Notes: generated by a model not told the origin, from the letters alone. 64,000 bases of DNA from Alphaproteobacteria bacterium (GCA_045643605.1 JAZULC010000021.1:6465-70464), one strand, 5' to 3'. Positions 16,670 to 25,994 are shown, counted from the first letter of the stretch. Numbers and translations: made by a program.

Positions 16670-17728
16670 ATGAAAAAAATATTTTTTTTAATAAATGCTT
16701 TATGTATATTTATTTGCAAGTTTTCTCATGCAGAAATACAGCAAGATTATGCAAAAATCTATCAACTGTTAGCAAATGAATATTTGCATGATTTTTCATA
16801 TAAAAATTTTACTTGTACCGGATTGCATGGATTAAAAAAAATAGATAGAGATTTAAATATCAGCTGTCAGCTCAAGTTTTTGCAAGTAAGTAAAGCAAAA
16901 GAAAAACAGAGTTTTTTATTGCCTGATGAAAATGCACCAGCAGAAAATTGGGCGGAACTTGTTGTTAAAGCGGTTAATTATGCAAGTTCTATTTCAGATC
17001 AACTTAAACTTAAAGATTTTTTGATTTTTGATACGATTAATGATAGTGCTTTTAAAGGTTTAGATGAATATTCACGCTATATTGCCAGCATTGAAGATGA
17101 AGATAATAATATTCAAATAAAAAAATATTTTGCAGCCAAGAATATTGATGATATTTTGTATATTAAATTAAAAACATTTAATCGTTTGACTTTTTATAAA
17201 GTAAAAAAAGCACTTTCAGAGAATATGTCTGCAAAAGGTTTGATTATTGATTTAAGAGGAAATCATGGTGGAATGTTAAGCGAAGCCATTGATGTTGCTG
17301 ATCTGTTTTTAGAAAAAGGTACTGTTATTGTTTCTACGCAAACAAAAAATTCTTCTGCAAAACAGATGTTTGTTGCAAAAACAGGTGATTTTTGGATGGA
17401 TAAGCCGATAGCTGTGCTTGTTGATGAAAATACGGCATCATCTGCAGAAATGCTGACGGCAGCGCTTAAAGAGCAGGGAAGAGCAAAAGTTGTAGGAACT
17501 CTTACATATGGCAAAGGTACTGTTCAAAATTTAAAAATTATTGCTGATGATAAAGGTATAATTTTGACAAATGCTTATTTTTATTCTCCCCATGGTGGTG
17601 AAATAAATCATAATGGAATAATTCCTGATGTATGTACATTTTTGCAGGATAATATATGTACAAGGGCAAATCGTGAAAATAATGCTGAAGATATACAAAT
17701 TGCTATAAAAAACATGAATAATAATTAA
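16670..17728 (+). CDS. S41 family C-terminal processing peptidase
   Basis: The start is refined to MKKIFFLINALCIFICKFSHA, which is a signal peptide. Motifs: DLRGNHGGMLSEAIDVADLFL and VLVDENTASSAEMLTAALKEQGRAKVVGTLTYGKGTVQ. Confidence 0.8.
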   Translation: MKKIFFLINALCIFICKFSHAEIQQDYAKIYQLLANEYLHDFSYKNFTCTGLHGLKKIDRDLNISCQLKFLQVSKAKEKQSFLLPDENAPAENWAELVVKAVNYASSISDQLKLKDFLIFDTINDSAFKGLDEYSRYIASIEDEDNNIQIKKYFAAKNIDDILYIKLKTFNRLTFYKVKKALSENMSAKGLIIDLRGNHGGMLSEAIDVADLFLEKGTVIVSTQTKNSSAKQMFVAKTGDFWMDKPIAVLVDENTASSAEMLTAALKEQGRAKVVGTLTYGKGTVQNLKIIADDKGIILTNAYFYSPHGGEINHNGIIPDVCTFLQDNICTRANRENNAEDIQIAIKNMNNN

Positions 17729-17756
17729 GTAATTTTACTTCATCAATAAATAACAG

Positions 17757-17785
17757 TTGACTTTGACAAAAAAAATGTATATAAA
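17757..17785 (+). promoter_or_regulatory. candidate sigma70-type promoter
   Basis: TTGACT (17757-17762), a 17-nt spacer, then TATAAA (17780-17785), about 30 nt upstream of the 17817 start. Chance matches are possible in AT-rich DNA. Confidence 0.3.
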
Positions 17786-17816
17786 ATAGACATAAACTAA
17801 TTTTTAATAACTTATT

Positions 17817-18281
17817 ATGAAGATTAAAGAAATTATATTAGGTCGCGCTTGGATACCTGCAATTGGTTATGCTTTGGCAATAGGATTTATTAATAATCTG
17901 TTGATTGCACCATTTGTTGATATTCAGCAAGTAGATTGGGCGCAACTTGCAACTGCGTTGGGAATTTTGCTCAGTATTTCCGGAGCTCGTGATTATTTGA
18001 CAAAAAACAGTCTTGATGCGATACCGGAGAATATTTCATCTAAAGGATGGAAACGATATTGGATACCAATTATCGGCTGGGTTTTGTTTTTTGGCTATTT
18101 TTTGAATTGTGCCATTGCCCCGTACTTTAAGTTGCAAATCAATGATTGGGTTCAATTGTCAACAACGTTGACGGTGATGTTAGGAATTTCCGGTTTTCGT
18201 GAGGTTGTATTACTTCCTAAAAGAACACGAAGAAAGAAAACTAAAAAGACTTCAAAAAAACAACCTACTGGAGAACAGTAG
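17817..18281 (+). CDS. hypothetical membrane protein with internal duplication and a basic C-terminal tail (holin-like architecture)
   Basis: 154 aa. The two halves are homologous: WIPAIGYALAIGFINNLLIAPFVDIQQVDWAQLATALGILLSISGARDYL versus WIPIIGWVLFFGYFLNCAIAPYFKLQINDWVQLSTTLTVMLGISGFREVV. The tail is KRTRRKKTKKTSKKQ. Confidence 0.5.
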   Translation: MKIKEIILGRAWIPAIGYALAIGFINNLLIAPFVDIQQVDWAQLATALGILLSISGARDYLTKNSLDAIPENISSKGWKRYWIPIIGWVLFFGYFLNCAIAPYFKLQINDWVQLSTTLTVMLGISGFREVVLLPKRTRRKKTKKTSKKQPTGEQ

Positions 18282-18292
18282 GTTGTTTTTTT
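18261..18292. terminator. bidirectional rho-independent terminator
   Basis: CAACCTACTG (18261-18270), loop GAGAA, CAGTAGGTTG (18276-18285), then T7. An A7 run lies on the 5' side, so it could also terminate a minus-strand transcript. The stop codon of the 17817 ORF lies inside the stem. Confidence 0.75.
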
Positions 18293-18299
18293 GTATTAA

Positions 18300-18660
18300 T
18301 GCCTTACAGACTACTCCCCATTTTAATGGGGTTTGAAAGATTCCAACGACGATGTTATAATAGGGAATGGAGTGTGTACAAAGTCAACATAGCATATACA
18401 TAGTGAGCTAGCATGTGGTATGGGTATGTAAATATCGTCGTCGGGTCCTAAATCCTGGTGTCGTTGACTATATCAAAAATTGTTAGCCAAGCTACTACGA
18501 AGTATCTCAGAATGTGAGATAGAGCAGATTAGCTTTGAATAAACATCTGTCGGCAAGATTTTACGTCGGTTTCCCGTTGATGAACAGAGATGTATATAAT
18601 GAATCTGACATAAATTTTCACTTTGATTTAATCGCTGTGCCTTTCTAGTATCGGCATCAT
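18300..18660. ncRNA. candidate structured non-coding RNA or decayed gene remnant (identity and strand unknown)
   Basis: No ORF of 60 aa or more in any frame over about 400 nt. The stretch is visibly richer in G+C than the surrounding DNA. Several stems are present: CCCCAT/ATGGGG at 18316-18331; ACGACGAT 18346-18353 with ATCGTCGT 18434-18441; ACATCTGT 18543-18550 with ACAGAGATGT 18584-18593. I could not match it to tmRNA, RNase P, SRP or tRNA. Confidence 0.2.
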
Positions 18661-18693
18661 AATATTGAAATTTTATTTAATAAAGGTGTTAAA

Positions 18694-19116
18694 ATGGAAA
18701 ATAAAACTAATACAAAAGTTAAAACAGATGTAAACTCTAACACAAATAATATTACAGTGGTTGATTTACAAGCAATTGTGAACTCTTCTGCTCAAGTAAA
18801 AGCACTTAAAGAAACACAAGCAGCTAAAATTAAGTAGCTTAATTTGTGGCTTCAAAAAGCTCAAAATGAGGTAAATACGGAGCAAGATAAAGAAAGGCAG
18901 CAGGCATTATTGCAAAAATATAATGCAGAATTTGCTTTAAAGAAAAGAGATATTAGTTTGCAATATCAAAATGAATTAAAAGCAGTCAGTGACAATATTT
19001 CTCAAACAGTTGAGGTCGAGGCAAAGAAAAAAGGAATTTCAATGGTTATTGCCAAAAATATTGTCCTTTATGGTGGTATGGATATTACAGAAGATATTGC
19101 TAAAATTGTGAAGTAA
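18694..19116 (+). pseudogene. skp/ompH-like chaperone gene interrupted by an in-frame TAG and lacking a signal peptide
   Basis: The ATG at 18694 reads MENKTNTKVKTDVNSNTNNITVVDLQAIVNSSAQVKALKETQAAKIK, then TAG (18835-18837). The same frame continues LNLWLQKAQNEV...AKKKGISMVIAKNIVLYGGMDITEDIAKIVK, a Skp-like coiled-coil plus a C-terminal strand motif. Confidence 0.55.
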
Positions 19117-19236
19117 TTATAAGGTATAATTCTGAATTAAAATTTCATTGACAAAATATACTTGACAAAAAGCAAATAAGTGTTATCATTACCATAATTT
19201 GAAATTATTATACTTTATTATAAAATATTAAAAATT

Positions 19237-19650
19237 ATGAAAAAGATTCAAAAAATTCAAATGGCGATGACAATTTCTATCGCTACAATTTGGGGAATGG
19301 TAATTTTTTATGCTCTTATCTGCCGTCCGAGTGGAACAAATGCTTATGGGTATTATTCCGACCCAATTGACAATGAATTTGCAAGTCAAATTGTCGCCAA
19401 ACATGGAGAAACAGTTGCTAATTTTTATCAACCGTTGTCTTGGCTTATTGAACCTCACGCAGAAGGAGAGATAAGTGTTCTTGGTATCTTCACAATGTTA
19501 GTCAACTTTGCGATATTGATTTCATTGGTGGTTTTAGGAGGCAAGTTTGGAGAAGGCTTTGAAAACAGGTTTAAATGCTGGTTGTACTTTTGTATATTGG
19601 CTGTTTTTGGGGCTTATGTTACGAGCTATGCTGCGTTAGCATTGTTATGA
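19237..19650 (+). CDS. hypothetical membrane protein
   Basis: 137 aa with about three hydrophobic helices. It is followed by a strong terminator. No family was recognised. Confidence 0.45.
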   Translation: MKKIQKIQMAMTISIATIWGMVIFYALICRPSGTNAYGYYSDPIDNEFASQIVAKHGETVANFYQPLSWLIEPHAEGEISVLGIFTMLVNFAILISLVVLGGKFGEGFENRFKCWLYFCILAVFGAYVTSYAALALL

Positions 19651-19656
19651 TTGATG

Positions 19657-19706
19657 AATAACCTTAAAATTTTGCGAGGAGCAAATTTTAAGGTTATTTG
19701 TTTTTT
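19657..19706 (+). terminator. rho-independent terminator
   Basis: 16-bp stem AATAACCTTAAAATTT / AAATTTTAAGGTTATT with a 10-nt loop, followed by TGTTTTTT. Confidence 0.75.
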
Positions 19707-19765
19707 AAAATTGTATATTGACTTATGCTGTTTTTAAGAATATTTTTATTTTCGGAGGTGTTGAT

Positions 19766-20101
19766 ATGAGAAAATTTTTATTACTAACTGCTACAATTCT
19801 TGTGTTGGGAAGTTTAGCAAATGCACAGGTGTCGCCATTAGATGTTTCTTCATCAATAAATGCAAAAAAAACAGCGGTGGAGAATAAATTAGATGCTAAA
19901 AAGATTGCTGTTGAAAACAAATTAGATGCAAAGCAAGATGCAACTTTAGCAAAAATTGATGCCAAAATAGCTAAGGCAAAAGAGGCAGGTAAATCTACCG
20001 AAAAACTTGAACGCAAGAGACAAGAGGTTTTATCTCGTATTTCAGCTAAAAAATCAAAACTGAATGCAAGAATTGATGCTAAAAAATCAAAACTTCACTA
20101 A
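19766..20101 (+). CDS. small secreted Lys/Ala-rich repeat protein
   Basis: The start is refined to MRKFLLLTATILVLGSLANA|Q after GGAGGTG. The mature part consists of helical repeats (AKKTAVENKLDAKKIAVENKLDAKQDATLAKIDAKIAKAK...AKKSKLNARIDAKKSKL). Confidence 0.5.
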   Translation: MRKFLLLTATILVLGSLANAQVSPLDVSSSINAKKTAVENKLDAKKIAVENKLDAKQDATLAKIDAKIAKAKEAGKSTEKLERKRQEVLSRISAKKSKLNARIDAKKSKLH

Positions 20102-20324
20102 TTATTGACAAGTAAAACAGCTATCTTTATCATTTATAATGGCTGTTTTTTCAAAAAAAATATTTCAATTGAAAGCTACCGATTTTTCGGTAGCTTTTGT
20201 ATAATCAATAAGTTTAAATTTCTTAACTAGAGTAATCTGTTATATTGTGTATGACGAATAATTATTTTCTTGAATGATAAAAAAAGTAATGTTATTTTCA
20301 AGGCAATATTTGAGGAGAAAAAAT

Positions 20325-21332
20325 ATGAATATATTGCTTACCGGTGGTGCTGGATATATAGGAACACATATCTCTGTTGAATTATTGAATGCCGGGCATC
20401 AAGTTATAATTGCAGATAATTTTAGCAACTCCAGTAACAAGTCTTTATCAAGAATACAAGAAATTACAGATAAATCTGTCGTGTTTTATCAAGCTGATGT
20501 ACGTGATGAAAAAGCATTATATGAGATTTTTTCTGCACATAAAGTTGATGTCTGTATTCATTGTGCAGCGCTGAAATCAGTAGGAGAATCTGTTGCTAAA
20601 CCATTGGAATATTATAACAATAATATTGCAGGAACATTGTCATTACTTAAAGTTATGAATCAATTTAATTGCAAAAATATTATTTTTTCTTCTTCTGCTA
20701 CGGTTTATGGGGCAGCTGATAAATTGCCTATTACCGAAAATACACCTAAAAAGAATTGTACAAATCCTTATGGATGGACTAAAAGTATGATTGAGCAAAT
20801 TATGATGGATTTGCAAAAAGCGGATAGCGAGTGGAATATTGTTTTATTGAGATATTTTAATCCTATCGGAGCTCATAAAAGCGGAAAAATAGGAGAAAGC
20901 CCCAATGGTGTTCCGAATAATTTAATGCCATACATAACTCAGGTAGCGTTGGGTAAAAGGCCATATTTAAATGTTTTTGGTAATGATTATGATACAGTTG
21001 ATGGAACAGGTGTTCGTGATTATATTCATGTGGTTGATTTAGCTAAAGGACATTTAAAAGCATTAAATGCCGTTGAGAATAAATGTGGATTGGCAATATA
21101 TAATTTAAGCACCGGTAAAGGTTGTTCGGTTTTAGAGTTAGTAAAAACTTTTGAAAAAGTAAATAATATAAGTGTTCCATACAAAATTGAAAAACGTAGA
21201 GATGGCGACATAGCAAGCTGTTATGCCAGTGCAGATAAAGCATTTCAAGAGTTAGGCTGGAAAGCTGAACTTGATGTTGAAGATATGTGCAGAGATGCTT
21301 GGAATTGGCAAAAAAATAATCCAAATGGGTAA
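20325..21332 (+). CDS. galE: UDP-glucose 4-epimerase
   Basis: The start is refined to MNILLTGGAGYIGTH after GAGGAG. Motifs: SSSATVYG, a YGWTK-type catalytic YxxxK, and DGTGVRDYIHVVDLA. Confidence 0.9.
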   Translation: MNILLTGGAGYIGTHISVELLNAGHQVIIADNFSNSSNKSLSRIQEITDKSVVFYQADVRDEKALYEIFSAHKVDVCIHCAALKSVGESVAKPLEYYNNNIAGTLSLLKVMNQFNCKNIIFSSSATVYGAADKLPITENTPKKNCTNPYGWTKSMIEQIMMDLQKADSEWNIVLLRYFNPIGAHKSGKIGESPNGVPNNLMPYITQVALGKRPYLNVFGNDYDTVDGTGVRDYIHVVDLAKGHLKALNAVENKCGLAIYNLSTGKGCSVLELVKTFEKVNNISVPYKIEKRRDGDIASCYASADKAFQELGWKAELDVEDMCRDAWNWQKNNPNG

Positions 21333-21356
21333 ATGTTGTTTTGATAAAGGTATATA

Positions 21357-22886
21357 ATGAAAAATATTCTTGTGTTGTTCTTTTGCTTAAGTCTTGTTGC
21401 ATGTAATAAACAAAGTGATTACTCTTTAACCATTGTCCATACAAGTGATCTGCATTCTCATATTTTGCCGTTTAACGAATATGATGATTGTAATCTTGAC
21501 AGTACTGAATGTTTGGGTGGAATGGCTCGTATTATAACGTTTATGCAAAATGAAAAATCACAAACAACAAATTTACTTACCATTGATTCCGGAGATAGAT
21601 TTACAGGTACGGCTTATTATTCTTTGGCTCGTAGCAAATATTTGTTACCATTATTCAAAATGATGCCATATGATGTTGCAACCTTAGGCAATCATGAGTT
21701 TGATAATAATTTTGACGATACTGAAAATTTTATTTCACAGTGGCAAGTACCCATTGTTGCTACAAATTTAGAAATATCTCCTAAAGAAGCTGTTTATCCG
21801 TTAATTAAAAAATCAATGATTATCAAAAAAGGAAATCGTAAAATTGGTATTTTAGGAGCATTGACTTCAGAAATTGTCATTTTTGGAGATTATGATGTGC
21901 ATTTGTTGCCAATAAAAGAAGCATTTGAAGGTGAAATACAAAAATTAAAAGAGCAAAATATTGATATTATTATTGTGATTTCTCATTTAGGATATAAATA
22001 TGATTTGCAATTAGCACAAGATTTTCCGGATATAGATATAATAGTAGGAGGACACTCTCATTCATTGTTAAATAACGACAAACAAAATCCTTTGAGTGTG
22101 GGAAAATATCCTACAGTTGTTGGCAGTACTTTAATTGTTGCAAGTGGTTTTGGTGGTCAATATATTGGAAAGTTGCAAACAAAATTTGATGATAATGGCA
22201 AAATTATTGAGTATGAAGGCGATACAATAGCTGTTTCCGGCAAAATTGCCAATAATGTTGATGCGGTAAAATCTATTAAACAAGCACAAATTGATTTGAA
22301 AAATATCTTGCAAAAACCGGTTGCTATTTTATCGCAAAGCTATGGTTTTACGGAAAATACTAATTATTGTAGTGAAGATTGTTATATCGGAGAATTTTTA
22401 GGATATCTTCTATCAAAGGAATTTCCGGATATTGACGGAGTGATTTATAATGCAGGTTCTATTCGCAGTGCCTTAAATGCAGGAGATGTTTTATATGAAA
22501 ATATATTAGCAGTGTATCCGTATAATTCAGCTGTAGTGATAATTGAATTAAGTGGAAAAGAGTTAGAAGAATATTTGAATCACGGACTTAAAAATTATGA
22601 AACTAATGCAAAAACTAATGAATTATTGCAAACATATAACATTAAGTATGAATTTGATTCAAAAGATAAAATTGCAAAAAATATTACGGTAAAAGGTCAA
22701 AAATTAGATGCTCATAAAATATATAAGTTATTGACATCTGCGTATGTCGCCAATGGCGGTGACGGATATCCGGTTAAGCAATTAACAAAAAGCGGACATA
22801 ATGTGATTGGAATTTTGCTTGAGCAATTGAAAAATCCTGCTAACTTGAATTATAAAATGCAACATAATGTTCGCAGAATATTTTAG
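21357..22886 (+). CDS. bifunctional metallophosphatase/5'-nucleotidase family lipoprotein (UshA-like)
   Basis: 509 aa with lipobox LSLVAC. Metallophosphatase motifs: HTSDLHSH, GDRFTGT, GNHEFD, GGHSH. A C-terminal 5'-nucleotidase domain is present. Confidence 0.8.
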   Translation: MKNILVLFFCLSLVACNKQSDYSLTIVHTSDLHSHILPFNEYDDCNLDSTECLGGMARIITFMQNEKSQTTNLLTIDSGDRFTGTAYYSLARSKYLLPLFKMMPYDVATLGNHEFDNNFDDTENFISQWQVPIVATNLEISPKEAVYPLIKKSMIIKKGNRKIGILGALTSEIVIFGDYDVHLLPIKEAFEGEIQKLKEQNIDIIIVISHLGYKYDLQLAQDFPDIDIIVGGHSHSLLNNDKQNPLSVGKYPTVVGSTLIVASGFGGQYIGKLQTKFDDNGKIIEYEGDTIAVSGKIANNVDAVKSIKQAQIDLKNILQKPVAILSQSYGFTENTNYCSEDCYIGEFLGYLLSKEFPDIDGVIYNAGSIRSALNAGDVLYENILAVYPYNSAVVIIELSGKELEEYLNHGLKNYETNAKTNELLQTYNIKYEFDSKDKIAKNITVKGQKLDAHKIYKLLTSAYVANGGDGYPVKQLTKSGHNVIGILLEQLKNPANLNYKMQHNVRRIF

Positions 22887-22910
22887 TATAATATAGTTGC
22901 TTTTAGTATT

Positions 22911-24893
22911 TTATGAATTCTTTAAGCGATATTCTTCAAGTTTTTTGATTTTGTCTCTATATTTCATAGCATTTTCAAAATCTAAATCTGTTGCAGCATC
23001 TTTCATCTTTTTGGTTAATTCTTTAATTTGCTTATCTATGTTGTTTAGTTCAATATTTTCTTCGGTATCTGTTTTTATAAAATCAGTTTCGCTCATTTCC
23101 CTTAATGTTGAAGAAATGCTTTTTTGAATTGTTTGCGGAATAATGCCGTTAGTAAGATTATATTGCTCTTGTTTTTCTCTTCTTCTTTCTGTTTCTTTAA
23201 TAGCTTCGTCAATTGATGAAGTTATTTTATCTGCATACATAATTACTCGACCATTAGCATTTCTTGCTGCTCGTCCGATTGTTTGAATTAGCGAACGTGT
23301 AGAACGCAAAAATCCCTCTTTATCGGCATCAAGAATTGCTACAAGAGAACATTCAGGAATGTCTAAACCCTCGCGTAATAAATTTATGCCTACCAAAATA
23401 TCAAAAACACCTAATCTTAAATCCCTGATAATTTCAATACGTTCCAATGTGTCAATATCTGAATGCATATACCGCACTTTAAGACCATTTTCTTTCAAAT
23501 ATTCAGTTAAATCTTCAGCCATTTTTTTAGTCAGAGTTGTAACTAAAACTCGCTCGCCTTTTTTTGCAGTTAAAACACATTCATTCATCAAATCGTCAAT
23601 TTGATTTTCTGCGCTTTTAACAATAATTAAAGGATCTTTAAGGCCTGTAGGGCGAATTATTTGTTCTGTAAATATGCCGTGAGTGCTATCCATTTCCCAA
23701 TCTCCGGGAGTAGCTGATACAAAAATGGTTTGACCACGAATATCGTCCCATTCTTCAAATTTTAAAGGGCGATTATCTAAACATGATGGCAGACGAAAAC
23801 CATATTCAGAAAGAGTGGATTTGCGATTTCTGTCGCCACGATACATTGCCCTTATTTGTGGAACAGAGATATGGCTTTCATCAATAAATATAATGGCATT
23901 TTTAGGAAAATATTCAAATAATGTTGGAGGAGGTTCACCGGGATTTCTGCCTGTCAGATACCTTGAATAATTTTCAATACCTTTACAATGACCTGTAGTT
24001 TCAAGCATTTCTAAATCAAAACGTGTGCGCTGTTCCAAGCGTTGAGCCTCAAGTAATTTTCCTTGATTTTTATATATATTCAGTTGTTCTTCAAGTTCTT
24101 GTTTTATATGAGATATAGCCTGTGATAATGCCGGACGCGGTGTAACGTAATGATTAGCCGGATATATGACGATTTCTTGTAAATTAGCAGTTTTTTTGTT
24201 ACTTAAAGTATCAAATTCATAAATTTGTTCAATTTCGTCACCAAAAAAAGAAATTCTCCAAGCCCGATCTTCGTAGTGCGCAGGAAATATATCTAATGAA
24301 TCACCATTAATACGAAAAGTTGAACGGACAAAATTGAATTGATTTCTAACATATTGTAATTCTGCAAGTTTTCTTGAAATTTCAGAAATATCTATGCAAT
24401 CGCCGATTTTAAGAGGTAGTGTCATTGAAGAATAAGATTCCATACTTCCTAAGCCGTAAATGCACGATACAGAAGCAACAACTATTACATCATTTTCTTC
24501 TAAAACATTACGTGTGGCACCGTGTCTCATTCTGTCTATTTGTTCATTGATAGCAGAATCTTTTTCAATATAGGTGTCTGTTTTTGGAATATATGCTTCA
24601 GGTTGATAATAATCATAATATGATACAAAGTATTCTACATGATTGTTCGGAAAAAATTCTTTCATTTCAGAATAAAGCTGTGCTGCCAAAATTTTGTTAG
24701 GAGCCATGATAAGGGCAGGGCGCTGGCAAGATTCAATGATTTTAGCCATTGTAAAAGTTTTTCCAGAACCGGTAACCCCGAGCAGAACTTGATTTTTTAA
24801 TCCGTCTTTAATACCTTGAGATAATTCATCTATGGCAGTGATTTGATCTCCTGCAGGTTCAAACGGGCTAACAATTTTAAATTTTCTTTTCAA
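22911..24893 (-). CDS. uvrB: excinuclease ABC subunit B
   Basis: 660 aa. Motifs: [26 protein letters not shown], and a C-terminal UVR motif region ([16 protein letters not shown]). Confidence 0.95.
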   Translation of the reverse strand: MKRKFKIVSPFEPAGDQITAIDELSQGIKDGLKNQVLLGVTGSGKTFTMAKIIESCQRPALIMAPNKILAAQLYSEMKEFFPNNHVEYFVSYYDYYQPEAYIPKTDTYIEKDSAINEQIDRMRHGATRNVLEENDVIVVASVSCIYGLGSMESYSSMTLPLKIGDCIDISEISRKLAELQYVRNQFNFVRSTFRINGDSLDIFPAHYEDRAWRISFFGDEIEQIYEFDTLSNKKTANLQEIVIYPANHYVTPRPALSQAISHIKQELEEQLNIYKNQGKLLEAQRLEQRTRFDLEMLETTGHCKGIENYSRYLTGRNPGEPPPTLFEYFPKNAIIFIDESHISVPQIRAMYRGDRNRKSTLSEYGFRLPSCLDNRPLKFEEWDDIRGQTIFVSATPGDWEMDSTHGIFTEQIIRPTGLKDPLIIVKSAENQIDDLMNECVLTAKKGERVLVTTLTKKMAEDLTEYLKENGLKVRYMHSDIDTLERIEIIRDLRLGVFDILVGINLLREGLDIPECSLVAILDADKEGFLRSTRSLIQTIGRAARNANGRVIMYADKITSSIDEAIKETERRREKQEQYNLTNGIIPQTIQKSISSTLREMSETDFIKTDTEENIELNNIDKQIKELTKKMKDAATDLDFENAMKYRDKIKKLEEYRLKNS

Positions 24894-25052
24894 TTTTAGA
24901 ATCCTTTCAACAATAATTTAACAATTTTTTTATAAAAAAATAGTAATTTTTGTACAATGTTACAGAATTGTGAATTTTATGTTTGATAATATTGCAACTA
25001 TTGAAAACAAAAAAGGTTTGTGGTAGTATCAGATATAAATGGAGAGATTTAT

Positions 25053-25985
25053 ATGTATATATGGATATTGTTAGCATCTTTTGTTACTGCATTGTTTGCA
25101 TTTAATTTGAGTGTTCGTCCTGATTCTGCAAAATTATATCAGGAGTCTCAAGCTGATGCTGTGGTTACGAAATTAGTAAGACAGCATGATGCAGCAGAAG
25201 GTTGGTTTAAATATGTCAAAAAAAATATAGAAAATGGTAATAGTAATGTTGCTTTGTATGAACAAGACAATTCAGAAGAAGATGTTACCGCTGATGATGA
25301 AATAAGCGAAGATGCTGAAAATACTAAAGAAGAAATAGAAAATTCTGAAACAGAAAATGTAGAAGGAACGGAAAATAATGGAGCTATTTTGTCAGGCTCT
25401 TTCCAAGATACAATAGATGCTGACAGACTTGGTTATTTGAGCAAATATATAAATGGTATGAAGGTTAACGGTCTCCCTAAAGCCATAACAAAGATTTTTT
25501 GTGTCGGACATGACACTGAAAATGCTATTGAAAATGAAGGCGCGAGTATAGGAGAATGCCTAACGAAAAATGGTGATTTATATATTTTGACTGTTGCTCC
25601 TGTACCTGTCCGTTGGCAGAGCCGTGATGCAAATGGTGAATCTACAGGAGTTCCTAATACGTCCATGCGTCAGGTTTTATTTAGATATGGTGGTGCTGCA
25701 TATCGTATCGGATATGTGGTTACAAGAGATTTCTATCCTGAGGATATGAAAGATTTAACAGTTTATGTAGGAAGTGATGAATTTGAACTCAAAAAGTTCG
25801 AATATATTATTCATAATTTCTCGTATAATATTGACCATACGCAAGAAAATAATGAAGATAAGCAGAAATCTATTGTACGTAGAAATATAGTAACACCGAT
25901 ACCTGTTGCAATGAATGAATTTATAGAAAAAAAATGTGGTAGTAAAAAAGAGACCAATTGTTTGGTTGTAATGAGCTCAATATAG
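25053..25985 (+). CDS. hypothetical N-terminally anchored protein, operon partner of the giant pilin-like protein
   Basis: The ATG at 25053 follows GGAGAG (the track uses a GTG at 25020). The N-terminus MYIWILLASFVTALFAFNL is a single hydrophobic helix, followed by an acidic region. No family was recognised. Confidence 0.5.
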   Translation: MYIWILLASFVTALFAFNLSVRPDSAKLYQESQADAVVTKLVRQHDAAEGWFKYVKKNIENGNSNVALYEQDNSEEDVTADDEISEDAENTKEEIENSETENVEGTENNGAILSGSFQDTIDADRLGYLSKYINGMKVNGLPKAITKIFCVGHDTENAIENEGASIGECLTKNGDLYILTVAPVPVRWQSRDANGESTGVPNTSMRQVLFRYGGAAYRIGYVVTRDFYPEDMKDLTVYVGSDEFELKKFEYIIHNFSYNIDHTQENNEDKQKSIVRRNIVTPIPVAMNEFIEKKCGSKKETNCLVVMSSI

Positions 25986-25994
25986 GAGGCTGAA

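Noticed and set aside
18293-18693. RNase P RNA, SRP RNA or a tRNA in the same ORF-free stretch.
   Set aside because: The universal motifs were not found on either strand: GAGGAAAGTCC and ACAGAA..CGGCTTA for RNase P, GGAAGCAGCC-type for SRP, and a cloverleaf with a 7-nt anticodon loop for tRNA.
18316-18700. Possible tmRNA (ssrA), including the two-piece permuted form typical of alphaproteobacteria. GGGGTTTGAAAGATTCCAACGACG at 18328 resembles the tmRNA 5' end GGGGCUGAUUCUGGAUUCGACGGG, and CCCCA lies just upstream.
   Set aside because: No T-arm (GGTTCGAATCC-like) and no acceptor 3' strand ending in CCA lies downstream or immediately upstream. The upstream CCCC strand would give G3:C70 instead of the universal G3:U70. 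No reading frame ends in an ...AA tag (candidates read ...ISFE* or ...YLTF*). The region is kept only as an unidentified RNA candidate.
24940-24970. SOS-box-like palindrome TTGTACAATGTTACAG (TGT-N8-ACA) upstream of uvrB.
   Set aside because: It resembles the gammaproteobacterial LexA box only loosely (TTGT rather than CTGT). The alphaproteobacterial LexA site is a GTTC-N7-GTTC type direct repeat, which is absent. No matching element lies upstream of uvrA. Chance occurrence in AT-rich DNA is likely.
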